A stretch of DNA of 64,000 nt, from contig NC_043010.1 in assembly GCF_006345805.1 (NCBI RefSeq), positions 56,296,001 to 56,360,000 of the forward strand, in the 5' to 3' direction. Below are positions 26,013-39,254 of the stretch, in pieces. The notes below the pieces were generated by a model, which did not search any database, was not told the DNA's origin, and was given only the letters and a program-made list of their open reading frames with translations. The stretch comes from Octopus sinensis (Eukaryota). Every line of letters begins with the position of its first letter. Position 1 is the stretch's first letter. The position numbers and the translations under genes are program-made.

Positions 26013-26548
26013 TGTACGTGTATGTATGGACGTTTGGTAGGACGCATAGACGAATATATGGGCGTAACGCGCCAGCGCGGGTGTATGCGTGCGTGTTTGT
26101 GTACGTGCGTGCGTATGTGTGTGTGTGTGTGCGTATGTGTATATGTGTGTGTGTTAATGACATACCCTTTAAGTATGTGCAAGTGCATTTAGATGTGATT
26201 ACCGACACACACATGCATATATGTGTGCAGACGGAAATGTGTGTGTGTATATGAGTGTGTCCGTACGTGTGTGTGTGTGTGTGCTTAGTGGGTGTGTGTA
26301 TGCGTGTGTGATGCTATGCAAGGCTGGCATTTAGCAGTTTCATCTTCACATAACTTTCATCTCCACCCGAACCTGCTACCCATATTTACCTAACACTCAC
26401 CCGCATCCCTAAAATGCACAGATGCCTTCCACCCTTCCAACACCCGACAACATGTACCTACCTACCTACCCGTCATATATGTATCCCTTCTCTCTCCCTC
26501 TCTCCTTCTCACTTTTTCTTTCTGTGATGGTGTGTGTGTGTGTGTGTG

Positions 26549-26625
<77 letters not shown>

Positions 26626-27257
26626 AGACAGAGGGAAACAAAAAGACATATAGTGGGACAGACAGAAAGACAGATAAAAAGATAAATAGATAGATGGATG
26701 AGCAGATACAAATATATAAATGTGTAGATATATATTATATATATACAAACACACACACACATACACACACGCGCGCATACATACCCACAAACATATAGTC
26801 CCTTATTTTTATTCGTGTGTGTGTGTGTGTTTCGCCAGTGATGAATGAGTAACCAATTCCCCAGTGTATCCATCACAACGGAACTTCACTAATAACTCCA
26901 TTATTTCAGCAATGTTAATCACACACACACCACACACCACCACCACCACCACCATCACCACCACCACCACACACACACCCACCCACCGCGCGCCACCTCA
27001 TCATACCTGGCATCTACTTCACACTTTCTACCTTTTTTTCACATATTGTTGTTGTTGTTGTTGTTACTCTTGTTATCGCTGCTCCTTATTTTTTGCACCA
27101 ATTTGTAAGTTTAGCTTTATCCACGCGCTCACACACACACACACACAAACATACATACACACACATACACAAATACACACATGCATACATAAATACATAC
27201 ACACGCATATATACATATATTCATGTATGTATGGTTATGTATTTACATATGTGTGTG

Positions 27258-27290
<33 letters not shown>

Positions 27291-27811
27291 TGTGTGTGTG
27301 TGTGTGTGCCGCCATTATATAATGAACCTATTCAAAATCCGCCCCAACAACAACAACAACAACAACAGCAACTATTTCTTGCTTTCTTTCTTTCTCATCT
27401 CATTTCCTTTATTTTTCTTCCTCCTGTCATCACCATCACCGTCATCATCATCATCATTTCCCTCATCTTCAAAAGCTGCCCTCCCCTCCACTTCTAAAGC
27501 TTCACCAGTCCTCAAGAGAGTTAGGCCAGGCTGGAACCTATATGAGATAGATATTATGACATTCACAAGTCTAAACTCGTACAAACAATGCAAGATTAAA
27601 CTGTTGTGTCACGTGACATCCACCCTGTATCTTCATAAATTGATGCCTCTGCGGCCTTCTTGCGCGCGCGCGCACACACACACACACACTTGGCTGTACT
27701 TTGGTAGAGTCATCTTACTAATAAAAACATAGGCACTGCTTCTTAACAGGATAAACATCCAGTGTGTGCTTTTATTATAGAATAACTCAACCAAACAGAA
27801 ATAGATATATA

Positions 27812-29431
27812 CACTGGCGAAAATAAATTTAAGACCGATGATAAAAGTTCTATTTCTTACAAAATATTTTGTTACTAACACCATACAAATTATTTTTATC
27901 TTTTACACCTTATGCAGAATTTATTTCTCTTTCGAATGATGCAGACAATAACTATTTTTATACAACTTGATGAATTCTAATGCTAAGTTAATATAAACGT
28001 TTCAAATTTACCGGCAAAATTAGTTTAAGATCATGTAATATGTATGCAAATTTTTTTGCCAAAATGGGTGGTCACACAACTAGCCTAACTGCACTATATA
28101 GTGTCATAATTTAATGTTATTATACAATTGATTAATAATGGGAAAACAACGTAGCCTCAGTCCAGTCACGAGAACAAAAATCGTATTACTCCACCAGCAA
28201 AAAGTTTCCTTTTTCGAACATCAGCAAGTTACTAAAGTGCAGGAAAAAGTCTTGCGTGCAACCGTGGAAGTTATACTTGGAGATTGGTCAATATAAAGAT
28301 CGGCAAAGGACTGACGCCCCAAAACAAACGACGGCGCAGGTGGACCGTCAAATCCACCGACTTTCGGAAGGCAACCTAATGTTGACCGCCGTTGACATTT
28401 GTAAACAATTGTCCAACGAGAATGGCGTTATTTTTACACCACAAACCGCCCGCAACCGTTTGAGAGAATTTGGACTATATGGACGAACCACTAGGAAAAA
28501 GCCAATAATATCCGAAAGAAATCGACTCAAACGCCTTAATTTCGCAAAAAGCCATGCTCAATGGACTGCCAAAGATTGGTGCAGGGTCCTTTGGAGTGAG
28601 GAGTCATGCTTCTGTATATTTGGATCAGACGTTGCCCAACCGAGGAATTCCATCCGAAATGCATGAAAAAGACGACGCAAGCGGGTGGTAGGGGTGTGAT
28701 GGTGTGGGTGGCATTTAGTAGCTTTGGTGTTGGCCCTCTAGTTAAAGTTGATGGAAAGCTAAATAGTGTAGGTTATATGAATCTACTAAAGGATAATCTT
28801 GTGCCATATTTGACTCACCAAATGCCTCCGGGGGCTATTTATCAGCAGGACAATAGTCTGGTGCACAAAGCCAAAATGGTTATGGAATTATTTGATCACC
28901 ATAATATTGACGTAATCGAATGGCCTCCCCAGAGCCTGGACTTGAATCTGATCGAGAACTTGTGGAATTATGATTCCAAAAAAAGTCCATGCTAAAAAAC
29001 CATGTAATCTAAAACAATTATTCGATTATATCAATGAAATGTGGCAAAACATTCCCATAGAATTTTGTAATCACTTAGCGAATTCAATGCCGAGGCGTTG
29101 TTCTGCCGTTATTAAGAATAAAGACTACGGCACAATGTACGAATATGTATTTCGTTCTAGTTGCTCATTTTTGCTACAATCTGAAGCTTTAAATAAAATT
29201 ATAATGATACCGTCTTAAACTAATTTTGCTGGTAAATTTGAAACGCTTATATTAATTTAGCATTAGAATTCTTCAAGTTGTATAAAAATAGTAATTGTCT
29301 GCATCATTCGAAAGAGAAATAAATTCTGCATAAGATGTAAAAGATAAAAATAATTTGTATGGTGTTAGTAACAAAATATTTTGTAAGAAATAGAACTTTT
29401 ATCATCGGTCTTAAATTTATTTTTGCCACTG
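27812..29431 (+). mobile_element. Full-length decayed Tc1 DD34E element with ~220-bp TIRs
   Basis: TIRs 27812-28030 / 29213-29431 with TA flanks; VLWSEES, GGRGVMVW, YQQDN, WPPQSLDLNLIE (34 residues between D and E). Confidence 0.93.
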
Positions 29432-29494
29432 TAAATACATGTGTGTAATTGTGTGTATCTGTGTCTGTGTATGCATGTATACATATTCTCTTTC

Positions 29495-29705
29495 ACTCTT
29501 TTATTTGTTTCAGTCATTTGACTGCGGTCATGCTGGAGCACCGCCTATAGTCGAACAAATCATCTTCTTCTTTGTAAGCCCAGTAGTTATTTTATCGGTC
29601 TTTTTTGCCGAACCGCTAATTTACGGGGACGTAAACACACCAACATCGGTTGTCAAGCGATGGTGGGGGTACAAACACAGTCACAAAAACACACACACAC
29701 ACACA

Positions 29706-29761
<56 letters not shown>

Positions 29762-29915
29762 TATATATATATATATATTATACGACGGGCTTCTTTCAGT
29801 TCTCACAAGGCATTGGTCGGCCCGAGGCTACAATAGAAGACACGCAGTGGGACTGAACCTGGAACCATGTGGCTGGTAAGCAAGCTACTTACCACACAGC
29901 CACTCCTGCGCCTAT
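29495..29915 (-). mobile_element. SINE family A
   Basis: Head GGCGCAGGAGTGGCTGTGTGG on the minus strand, with family body. Confidence 0.88.
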
Positions 29916-29974
29916 ATTTATAGGTATGTATATTCATGTGTGTGTGTGTGTGTGTACATGCATATATACAATGG

Positions 29975-30245
29975 ACTCTACCGTCGAAGACGACGTATGA
30001 TCGTTCACCTTTTGCTAAACCACCTGCACAAATGATATATTCTCATTGTGGTCGTGCGTCCGTGCCACACATTAGCTCACTCTTTCCATTGAATCGACGT
30101 TTTCTGAACATGCGCACCGTGTACCATGCATCAGGTGTCAAAGCGATTGCAGACTAACGTGAGATGAATTGTTTGCCTCAAGAACACAACGCAGCCCACG
30201 GTCAACGAATTGAAAGCACAACCTCGCGATTCTAATGTCCAGAGT
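29975..30245 (-). mobile_element. Decayed SINE-like repeat
   Basis: GAGATGAATTGTTTGCCTCAAGAACACAACGC resembles the reverse of a SINE tRNA-head junction; a similar piece lies at ~59240-59330. Confidence 0.4.
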
Positions 30246-30517
30246 TTCCATGTACCGTCTCTCTTTTCCCTCAAATCCTCCCAAATATTCTTCTGGATTA
30301 AACGTTCATCATTGTCAATATTTTGAGTTTCTTTTGACAGCAGTTGGCTCACATCTGGCTTTTCATGAGTGATTTCTTTGTGCCGAAACTTTCTTAACCA
30401 TACAGCCAAGCTGGCGTGTGTACATACACAAACACACACACATATATATACATATGTGTGTGTATGCATATTGTCAAACGTATATGTGTATGTAATATAT
30501 ATATATGTATATAATAT

Positions 30518-30908
30518 TTTATTTGTTTCAGTCATTTGACTGCAGCCATGCTGGAGCACCGCTTTTGGTCGAACAAATTGACGCAAGGACTTATTCTTTG
30601 TAAGCTTAGTACTTACTCCATCGGACTCTTTGCCGAACCGTTAGGTTACGGGGACGTAAACGCACCAACATCGGTTGTCAAGGGATGGTGGGGGGACAAA
30701 CACAGACACAAAGATAAACATATATATATATATATATATATATACGACGGGCTTCTTTCAGTTTCCGTCAACCAAATCCACTCACAAGGCATTGGTCGGC
30801 GCAAGGCTATAGTAGAAGACACTTGGCCAAGGTGCCACGCAGTGGGACTCAACTAGAACCATGTGGTTGAGAAGCAAGCTACTTACCACACAGCCACTCC
30901 TACGCCTA
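30518..30908 (-). mobile_element. SINE family A, full length
   Basis: A/B-box head, body and internal (TA)n. Confidence 0.9.
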
Positions 30909-30912
30909 TGTA

Positions 30913-30954
<42 letters not shown>

Positions 30955-31201
30955 CATATATATATATACATTTATATAAACATTTATATATACATATACA
31001 TACATATATATACATATATATATACATATATATACATATATATATATACATATATATACATATATATATGCATATATATATACGAACATATATGTATGCA
31101 TATATATATATACATACATATATACACATATATAATGCGTACATATATATTCATATATATATGTTATGTGTATATACATATATGTATATATATATATACA
31201 C

Positions 31202-31243
<42 letters not shown>

Positions 31244-31255
31244 TTATACATATAT

Positions 31256-31660
31256 AGGCACAGGAATGGCTGTGTGGTAATTAGCTTGCTTACCAACCAC
31301 ATGGTTTCGGGTTCAGTCCCAGTGCGTTGCATCTTGAGCATGTGTCTTCTGCTATAGCCTCGGGCCGACCAATGCCTTGTGAGTGGATTTGATAGACGGA
31401 AACTGAAAGAAGCCTGTCGTATATATGTATATATATATATATATATGTATGTGAGTGTATATGTTTGTGTGTTTGTCCCCCTAACATTGCCTGACAACCG
31501 ATGCTGGTGTGTTTACGTCCCCGTCACCTAGCGGTTCGGCAAAAGAGACCGATAGAATAAGTACTGGGCTTACAAAGAATAAGTCCCGGGGTCGATTTGC
31601 GCGACTAAAGGCGGTGCTCTAGCATGGCCGCAGTCAAATGACTGAAACAATTAAAAGATA
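31256..31660 (+). mobile_element. SINE family A, full length
   Basis: TGGCTGTGTGG A box, GGTTCAGTCCC B box, core TTTGATAGACGGAAACTG, tail GCAGTCAAATGACTGAAAC. Confidence 0.9.
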
Positions 31661-31676
31661 TATGATATATATATAT

Positions 31677-31738
<62 letters not shown>

Positions 31739-33347
31739 CAGAGGCCGAAACTGGCGCCCCCACATAATACAGTATTTGCACGACTACATTCACTACAACA
31801 GCAACAGCAATACCACCGTCAGCACTTACAATGCCAACACTGCTACTACTACTACTACCTCTACGAGAGCAACAACATTAATATTATCACCACTACCACT
31901 ACCACCATTGCAGCACCACCCCTTCTGCCAACCTTCTACCAACACTGTCTCTACTACAACACCATCACCACTTCTACAACTACCAATGCCACAATTACCA
32001 GTAAAACCACTTCGTTCACCACCCCACAACAACAACAGCAACAACAAGGGTTGACAACGTGATAAAGGAGAGAGAAGTGCAAAGTCATCCCAAAATGGCG
32101 ACAACATTTATTAATATTGAAAATTAATTTTAATGAAGAAAGTTTTTTGCTCAGATTTTGACAGGACAACACACGCGCGCATGCGTATGTGTGTATGCGT
32201 GTGCGTGTAGCTGTGTATGTGTACCTGTGCACGAATTTGTGTGTGCCTGTATGTGCGCGCATTTCTACCGGCCACGTGACGAGCAACCATGATTTACTCT
32301 TTATTACCACCACTACTTTATAACATACACACATAAACTCTCTCTCTCGCACACACACATACATACACATACTCATACACACGCACATACACACATATGT
32401 ACACACATATATAATATCAGATACGTTACTAACTCAAGTTTACATAAACACACATTCTACATAAACATATTCATCTACATAGTACAATACACACCTGTTC
32501 GTATATTTACACATGTTATATACACCTTACACTATGGGACATACCCTTCATTATTTGCTGCCGAAGAGTCACGGTGATTTCGATACCTTGCGACAGTACC
32601 ATTCCTTTCAGTGGTACCAGGTAATATTGAAGTACCAAGGAATATCCGCGTTGTTTCGGCTCACCCTGAAGTTAACTTCCTCCCTTGTCATCCATACCGT
32701 CACCACACCAGCAAGGGGACCACTGAAACCATTCCGACCACACATCAACCATCTTGATTTAACACTTTCCGACGGTTAATTCTTTCCTCTCAGTTTTCGT
32801 GTCCGTCTACCTTAAACCTTCCATATCCATGACGAAGTACTTTAGATTTCCTCCCTTCAGTTCAAAACTTAGAAAGACCTTGCTAGTCTTCCTAAGACCA
32901 GTTGTAGTCAGGCAGAGCTTTCATGTGTCCCCTGCATCTTGCCTTCCCAAGACACCGTCAACTTCTCAAGCGGGAATTGTTGTCTGATCAGAAAACGCAG
33001 TGAATTCATTGAGTTGGTTGGTTATTACAATATGGCTTGGACTTATGAGCGCTTCTTTTGAGCCCACCTGCACATCGCATCATCATACACACACATACAC
33101 CTACATACGTATAGATATCAGGTGACATATCAAACTGTCGGATGTTATTCTACATCGCTGGTCACAACGCACTTTGCATTATTTTTATCTTTCGGATGGT
33201 GCTACTGCCGCTGGCTAAGTGAGGAGAACAACATTCCCACTAACCGCAAGGCCAGTCCGTCGCAACATTACCCATGTACAGGTGAGGGAACCTATAGCTA
33301 AAAAATATGTATAGGTATACATATAAGTGTGTGTGAGTATGTGTGTA

Positions 33348-33388
<41 letters not shown>

Positions 33389-33918
33389 TGTGTTGTGCGC
33401 GAACACACAAAACGAACACTCCTCTATCCCCTGGGTCTAGCCAACTGAAATAAGTACCAGCCGGGTGCTGGTCCGGTCCTCTCTCCTTCCAGCTGTCACA
33501 TCTTGTATGTTCCGCTGATTTAAGGGCTGGAGAGTGGAGATGGTTGACTGAGGATCTATGTATCCTTGTGATTACACAGGCCGTAAAAGAATTAGTGAAA
33601 ACAGTGTACAGGGAACCATATTAAACTCGCTTACCTTATACACTCACACACATTTCAAGCGCATGCACGCGCACAAAACAACGGCAGACGCATATTCCTC
33701 TACACACATCCATTGCGCTTCGATCTCACCATCACACACACATACACACATGGAAATATATCTCTCCCTCTCTCTCGCCACGAACATACACATAAACACG
33801 CACACACACACATATGTATGTATATACACACACGTATGCATACTCACACATATGCACACACATATACAATTATACCATACATATACACACACATATTTAA
33901 GCACAGACGCACACGTGT

Positions 33919-33953
<35 letters not shown>

Positions 33954-34045
33954 GAAGACATACATACACACACACACACACACATTGAATTGTGGACATT
34001 CTTTCACAGACACACATTCACATCTCTGCCATCGCGCAGTCTCTC

Positions 34046-34081
<36 letters not shown>

Positions 34082-34659
34082 CTCACTCTCTCTCTCACAC
34101 ATACACACCTTCTGTTCAGTCGCAACGACAGAAATTTGTTTCTCTCTTCCGTTATGTCACGTGACTGTTTTAGGAATGTTCACCTTTCACATTTCAATTC
34201 TTCATTTCATTCAGTTATTGGTGAAGGAAAAATTAATTTCTGCTGCATTGGGGTAGAGTTGGGGGTGAGGGTGAGGTGGAGAGTTTCGATCTTTCATCAT
34301 ACTTCTTTTCCTTCTTCTTCTTCTTCTTCTTCTTCTTCTTCTTCTTCCTGTCGTTGTGCTCCTCCCTCTCCTCCTCCTCCTCCTCCTCCTCATCATCATC
34401 ATCCTGTTATTGTTTGTTGCTAAAGCATGAACATCACGACACCATGTGACATTTATGAGACAATGTGTGCAGCTATTGTGCACTTGATTCAATCTGCTGC
34501 TCAACAAGCCAGCGCCTACTGCATCTGTGTGTGTGAGAGAGGCAGAGAGCAATGCTTTTATGGTGGTGGTGATGCTGGTGGAGGTGCAGATGGTTGTAGG
34601 AGAAAAAATAATGACCATAGATGGATAAGTATTATCATCATCATCGTCGTCATCTGAAT

Positions 34660-34788
34660 AAATGATGATAATAATAATAATAATAAGAAGAAGAAGAAGA
34701 AGAAGAAGAATAAGAAGAAGAAAAGAAGAAGAAGAAGAAGAAGAAGAAGAAGAAAAGAAGAAGAAGAAGAAGAAGAAGAAGAAGAAAA

Positions 34789-34819
<31 letters not shown>

Positions 34820-34840
34820 AAGAAGAAGAAGAAGAAGAAT
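34660..34840. repeat. (AAT)n-(AAG)n compound microsatellite
   Basis: Seen directly in the sequence. Confidence 0.95.
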
Positions 34841-34842
34841 AT

Positions 34843-36262
34843 ACGGTGTATACTTTCAATGCTGATATCAGAATGGATTTCGGACTGAGAAAGTGTGGTG
34901 TGTTAGTCTTGAAGAGAGGCAAAATCAAATGTATGGACGGACCGGCAAAACCGTCGGGAGAGGTTATGAAGCAGATAGAAGAGACGGGCTATAAGTACTT
35001 GGGGATTCGGGAAATGGATAAATTGATGGAGAAAGAAATGACAGAAAAATTTAAGGTGGAGTACTTGCGCAGACTGAGACTGATCCTTCAGTCGAAATTA
35101 AACGGATGGAATACGATCGAAGCTATCAACCCCTGGGCGGTTTCACTCTTTAGATATGGATCAGGGGTAATCTCATGGGCAGTAAACGAACTAAACAGCT
35201 TTGACAGAAAGACAAGGAAGTTACTAACTAGATATGGGTCACTCCACCCAAAAAGTGACACAGATAGACTCTATGTACCAAGAAAAGAGAGGGGGAAGAG
35301 GACTAATTGGATGCGAACACAGCGTTAGAAGAAAACAACATAGCATGGTATATAAAAAAACGCCACAGAGCCGCTATTATTAGAAGTAAGAAGGTCAGGA
35401 TGAAAGATTGCAAAGATAAAGCATTGTACAAGTAATTGAAAACGAATGAAACTGAAAATAGGTGGGAAAAGAAAAGAATGCATGGTCAATTTCATAGGGA
35501 TATTGAAGATAAGACAGACAGAGAAAAAAGATGGCTGTGGATGACTAAAAGTGATTTAAAACCGGAAACAGAAGCTCTAATCTGTGCTGCCCAAGAGCAA
35601 GCACTAAGAACAAACTACATAAAATACAGAATGGACAACACAGCAGAAAGTGATAAGTGCAGAATCTGTGGACATAACGGTGAAACCGTATGGCATATTA
35701 CCAGGCAAGGTACACTACTAGAATATAAAAGACGTCATAACAATATAGCCACGATTTCCATTGGACACTTTGCAACAAGTATGAACTTGACAGAGCAAAA
35801 GCGTGGTACGAACATAAACGCGAAGGTAACGTCGAAAATGATACTGCAAAGATCCTATGAGATTTTATGATTCAGTACGACCATGAGATAGAGAATAGGA
35901 AATGATGCTGGATCATGGAAATAGCATGCCCAGCTGACAACAGAGTATGCGATAAAGAAGAAAGAAAAGTTGATAGCTATGATAGGTAAGCTTGGGAGGT
36001 TAAGAATTGTGGTCGATGAAAAAGGTGGTAATAGTACCAATAATTGTCGGAGCCCTGAGAACAGTGAGTAAAAATTTTGAGAAGTACATGGAATAAATGG
36101 GGGCTGCAGTAAGAGTGAAGCACTTGCAGAAAACAGCACTGCTTGGAACTGCTCGAATACTCCGGATGATGCTCGAAAAATAAGGGGCGTTACCTTAGTT
36201 CGCTGGTAGTGAACAGCTGGTACCGCAGTACATATCCAGCATTAGAAGCTGTGCAAAGGCAA
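34843..36262 (+). mobile_element. 5'-truncated decayed R4/Dong-type LINE (family 1)
   Basis: MDFGLRKC, YKYLG, AAQEQALRTNY, CRIC...ETVWHI zinc knuckle, LQKTALLGTARILR; ends in (CAA)(TAA)n. Confidence 0.9.
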
Positions 36263-36284
36263 TAAATACAACAACAACAACAAC

Positions 36285-36317
<33 letters not shown>

Positions 36318-36319
<2 letters not shown>

Positions 36320-36436
36320 GCAAAACACTCTCAATACAGTAACCATAAGAGCATCATAACAAACCACAGCACATATCCAAGGCACACAGAGCTGCGCTCA
36401 GTAGTGAAGTGAAAGCACGATATAAAAATAAAACTA

Positions 36437-36441
<5 letters not shown>
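36318..36441 (+). mobile_element. 3'-end stub of R4/Dong family 2
   Basis: Similar to 38405-38528 and flanked by (TAA)n on both sides. Confidence 0.85.
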
Positions 36442-36476
<35 letters not shown>

Positions 36477-36559
36477 TAATAATAATAATAATAAAAATAA
36501 TAATAATAATAATATAATAATAATAATAATAATAATATAATAATAATAATAATAATAAC

Positions 36560-38528
36560 TACAGATCGACTACAGAAAGGCGTTTGATAGCATCCCCCAC
36601 ACATGGATCCTCGAAACACTAGCCATTAACAAAGTTGCGCCAACAATTATAAAATACATAGGACACCCTATGAATAAATGGCAAACAGTGCTATAGCTCC
36701 AAACAAAAGAGGGATTCATGGAAACCAAAGCCATCCCCATTAGAAGAGGAATATTCCAGGGAGACACGCTCTCTCCACTCCTTTTCTGCTTGGCACTGTC
36801 ACCTCTATCTGATATGCTAAATAGAACTGGATGCGGATATAAATGCTACAGCAAAACGATCAGCCACCTTTTATATATGGATGACCTAAAACTATACGCT
36901 ACAAATGACAAACAGCTGGAAACACTACTAAAGACAGTTCATAGATTTACCAAAGAAATAGATATGAAATTTGGATTAGAAAAATGCGCCAAAGTAACCC
37001 TGAAAAGAGGAAAACTAGTTAAGAGTAGCAACATCACACTAGATAAAACCAATGAAATAAAAGAATTAGGCCAAACTTACAAATACTTAGGAATCCATGA
37101 ACTAGATAAGACACAACATGAAAGAGAAAATAAAAAAAGAATATTATAGACGAGTTAAATCAATACTAAAAACAGAGCTCAATGCTAAAAACAAGATAAT
37201 AGGTATTAACACTTTAGCCGTCCCAGTTATAAGTTACAGCAACAATATCCTTAACTGGACACTAAATGAACTGACCAAAATAGATAGGAAAACAAGAAAA
37301 ATAATGGCAGGATCTAGGATGCATCACCCAATATCTGACATAGAAAGGCTATATATACAACGTATAGAAGGTGGTAAAGGCCTTATACAGCTGGAAAACT
37401 ACTATAAAATAACCACCATAGGACTGCAAAAATATCTACTCCAGAAGGAAGGAAAACTGATACATATAAGGCAAAACACGAGAAAAACAAAAAAACTCTT
37501 CTCAGTATTTAAGGAAGCTGACAAATACAAACAAGAAATCATACCACCTAACAAATATGAAGAAGAAGAAGAAGAAGAAGAAGAAGAAGAAGAAGAAGAA
37601 GAAGAAGAAGAAGAAGAAGAAGAAGAAGAAGAAGAAGAAGAAGAAGAAGAAGAAGAAGAAGAAGAAGAAAACCATGGTAAAACGATGGCAAGAAAAGCCC
37701 CTTCGTAGCAAATACCGGACTAAACTAAATGCAAAAGAAATAGACAAAGAAAAATCCCAGCAATGGTTGAGAAGCTCAGGACTCAAAGTAGAAACAGAGG
37801 GATTTTTAATTGCAGCACAAGACCAAAGCCTACCCACCAGAAATTACCAAAAACATGTAATGAAAAGAAATATAACAAGTAACTGCAGAATATGTGGAGG
37901 TGGACAAGAAACAATAAATCATATTATCTCTGGCTGCCCAGTCCTGGCTAAGAAGGAATATATTCACAGACACGACAGAGTTAGGACCTACATACACTGG
38001 AAGCTATGCCAACATTATGGAATAACAACAGAAAAAAGATGGTATAGGCACACACCAGAAAAGGTCACAGAAAACGAGAAAGCAACCATACTCTGGGATA
38101 TGCCGATACACACAGATAGAGAAATTAAGGCCAACAGGCCAGATATAGTTGTCAGAGATCATGAAGAAAAAAAATGCTTTCTAATTGATGTATCAATACC
38201 AGCAAATGACAACGTGTCTCTAAAAGAAATGGAGAAACTTTCAAAATACAAAGACCTGGAAATAGAGGTAACCAGAATGTGGAATCTAAAAACAGAAACA
38301 ATTCCTATCATAGTAGGTGCATTAGGCATGATAAAAAAATTTCAAATACATAACAAAAACACCAGGACTTACAAAATTGCACTACTAGGCACTGCACACA
38401 TTCTACGCAGAACACTTTCCATACAATAACCATCAGAGCATCACAACAAATCACAGCACATACCCAAGGCACACAGAGCTGCGCTCGGTAGTGAAGTGAA
38501 AGCACGCTATAAAAATAAAACTACTGAA
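36560..38528 (+). mobile_element. 5'-truncated R4/Dong-type LINE (family 2) with an internal (GAA)n expansion
   Basis: DYRKAFDS, GIFQGDTLSPLLF, YMDD, CRIC..ETINHIISGC, NRPDIV, KYKDL. Confidence 0.93.
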
Positions 38529-38529
38529 T

Positions 38530-38614
<85 letters not shown>

Positions 38615-38619
38615 TACAA

Positions 38620-39186
38620 CAACAACCACTGCGCTGATTCAGTACCAGGCAGTGGTTCTGATGCTTTTTGATCTTAACTGATTGGAAGTGTTATCACGTA
38701 CATTGTTTTGTCTTGGTCTAAAAGATGAGTTACAGCAAATATTCTGATCAATACCAAAGATTTGCTTGTCAGTTGTTTGACCTTAACCAGTTGAACATGT
38801 CCCTTAGTGGCTGACGATACGTGTCTCTCTGATCACGAGCAGAACTAGTGGAGGAACATCATAGCCATGTATTGAGAGGAATCCTTTGGGATTTGAATAA
38901 TTAATCTTTGCAAATATGGGTGTTTCGTTTATCATCCTTAAACAAACCTTAATCAGGGACCTTTTGAGTGGGATGGGCTGCTCGACCTGAAGAAAATTCC
39001 AGCTAGGCCCCCACCTGCAAGGTCATGCGCTGTTTATCTTGATATGAGATCACCATGTCGTGCACCTATGGTTGTGATGCATGTGCCTGGTGTGCTCTTA
39101 TCAGACGGGTAGTCATGATGGGTATACTGGGTTTCGTATATTTGTACCCCAGTGTCACTTTGATAGCATATTTTACTCTCTCACTC

Positions 39187-39187
<1 letters not shown>
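38620..39187 (+). mobile_element. Non-coding ~570-bp insert between (TAA)n tracts; probable non-autonomous retroelement
   Basis: No ORF; sits in the same (TAA)n target as the neighbouring Dong elements and ends CTCTCACTC-(AAT)n. Confidence 0.5.

Positions 39188-39252
<65 letters not shown>

Positions 39253-39254
<2 letters not shown>

Noticed and set aside
24993-26214. Long ORFs of 248-396 aa on the minus strand
   Set aside because: They are translations of the GATA/GACA/GGCA array with no protein-like complexity.
32500-33070. Complex sequence, possibly a LINE RT remnant or exon
   Set aside because: Only vague resemblance with multiple stops, so it cannot be assigned without a search.
34662-34865. 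Protamine-like Arg/Lys-rich ORF
   Set aside because: It is an (AAG)n microsatellite translation.
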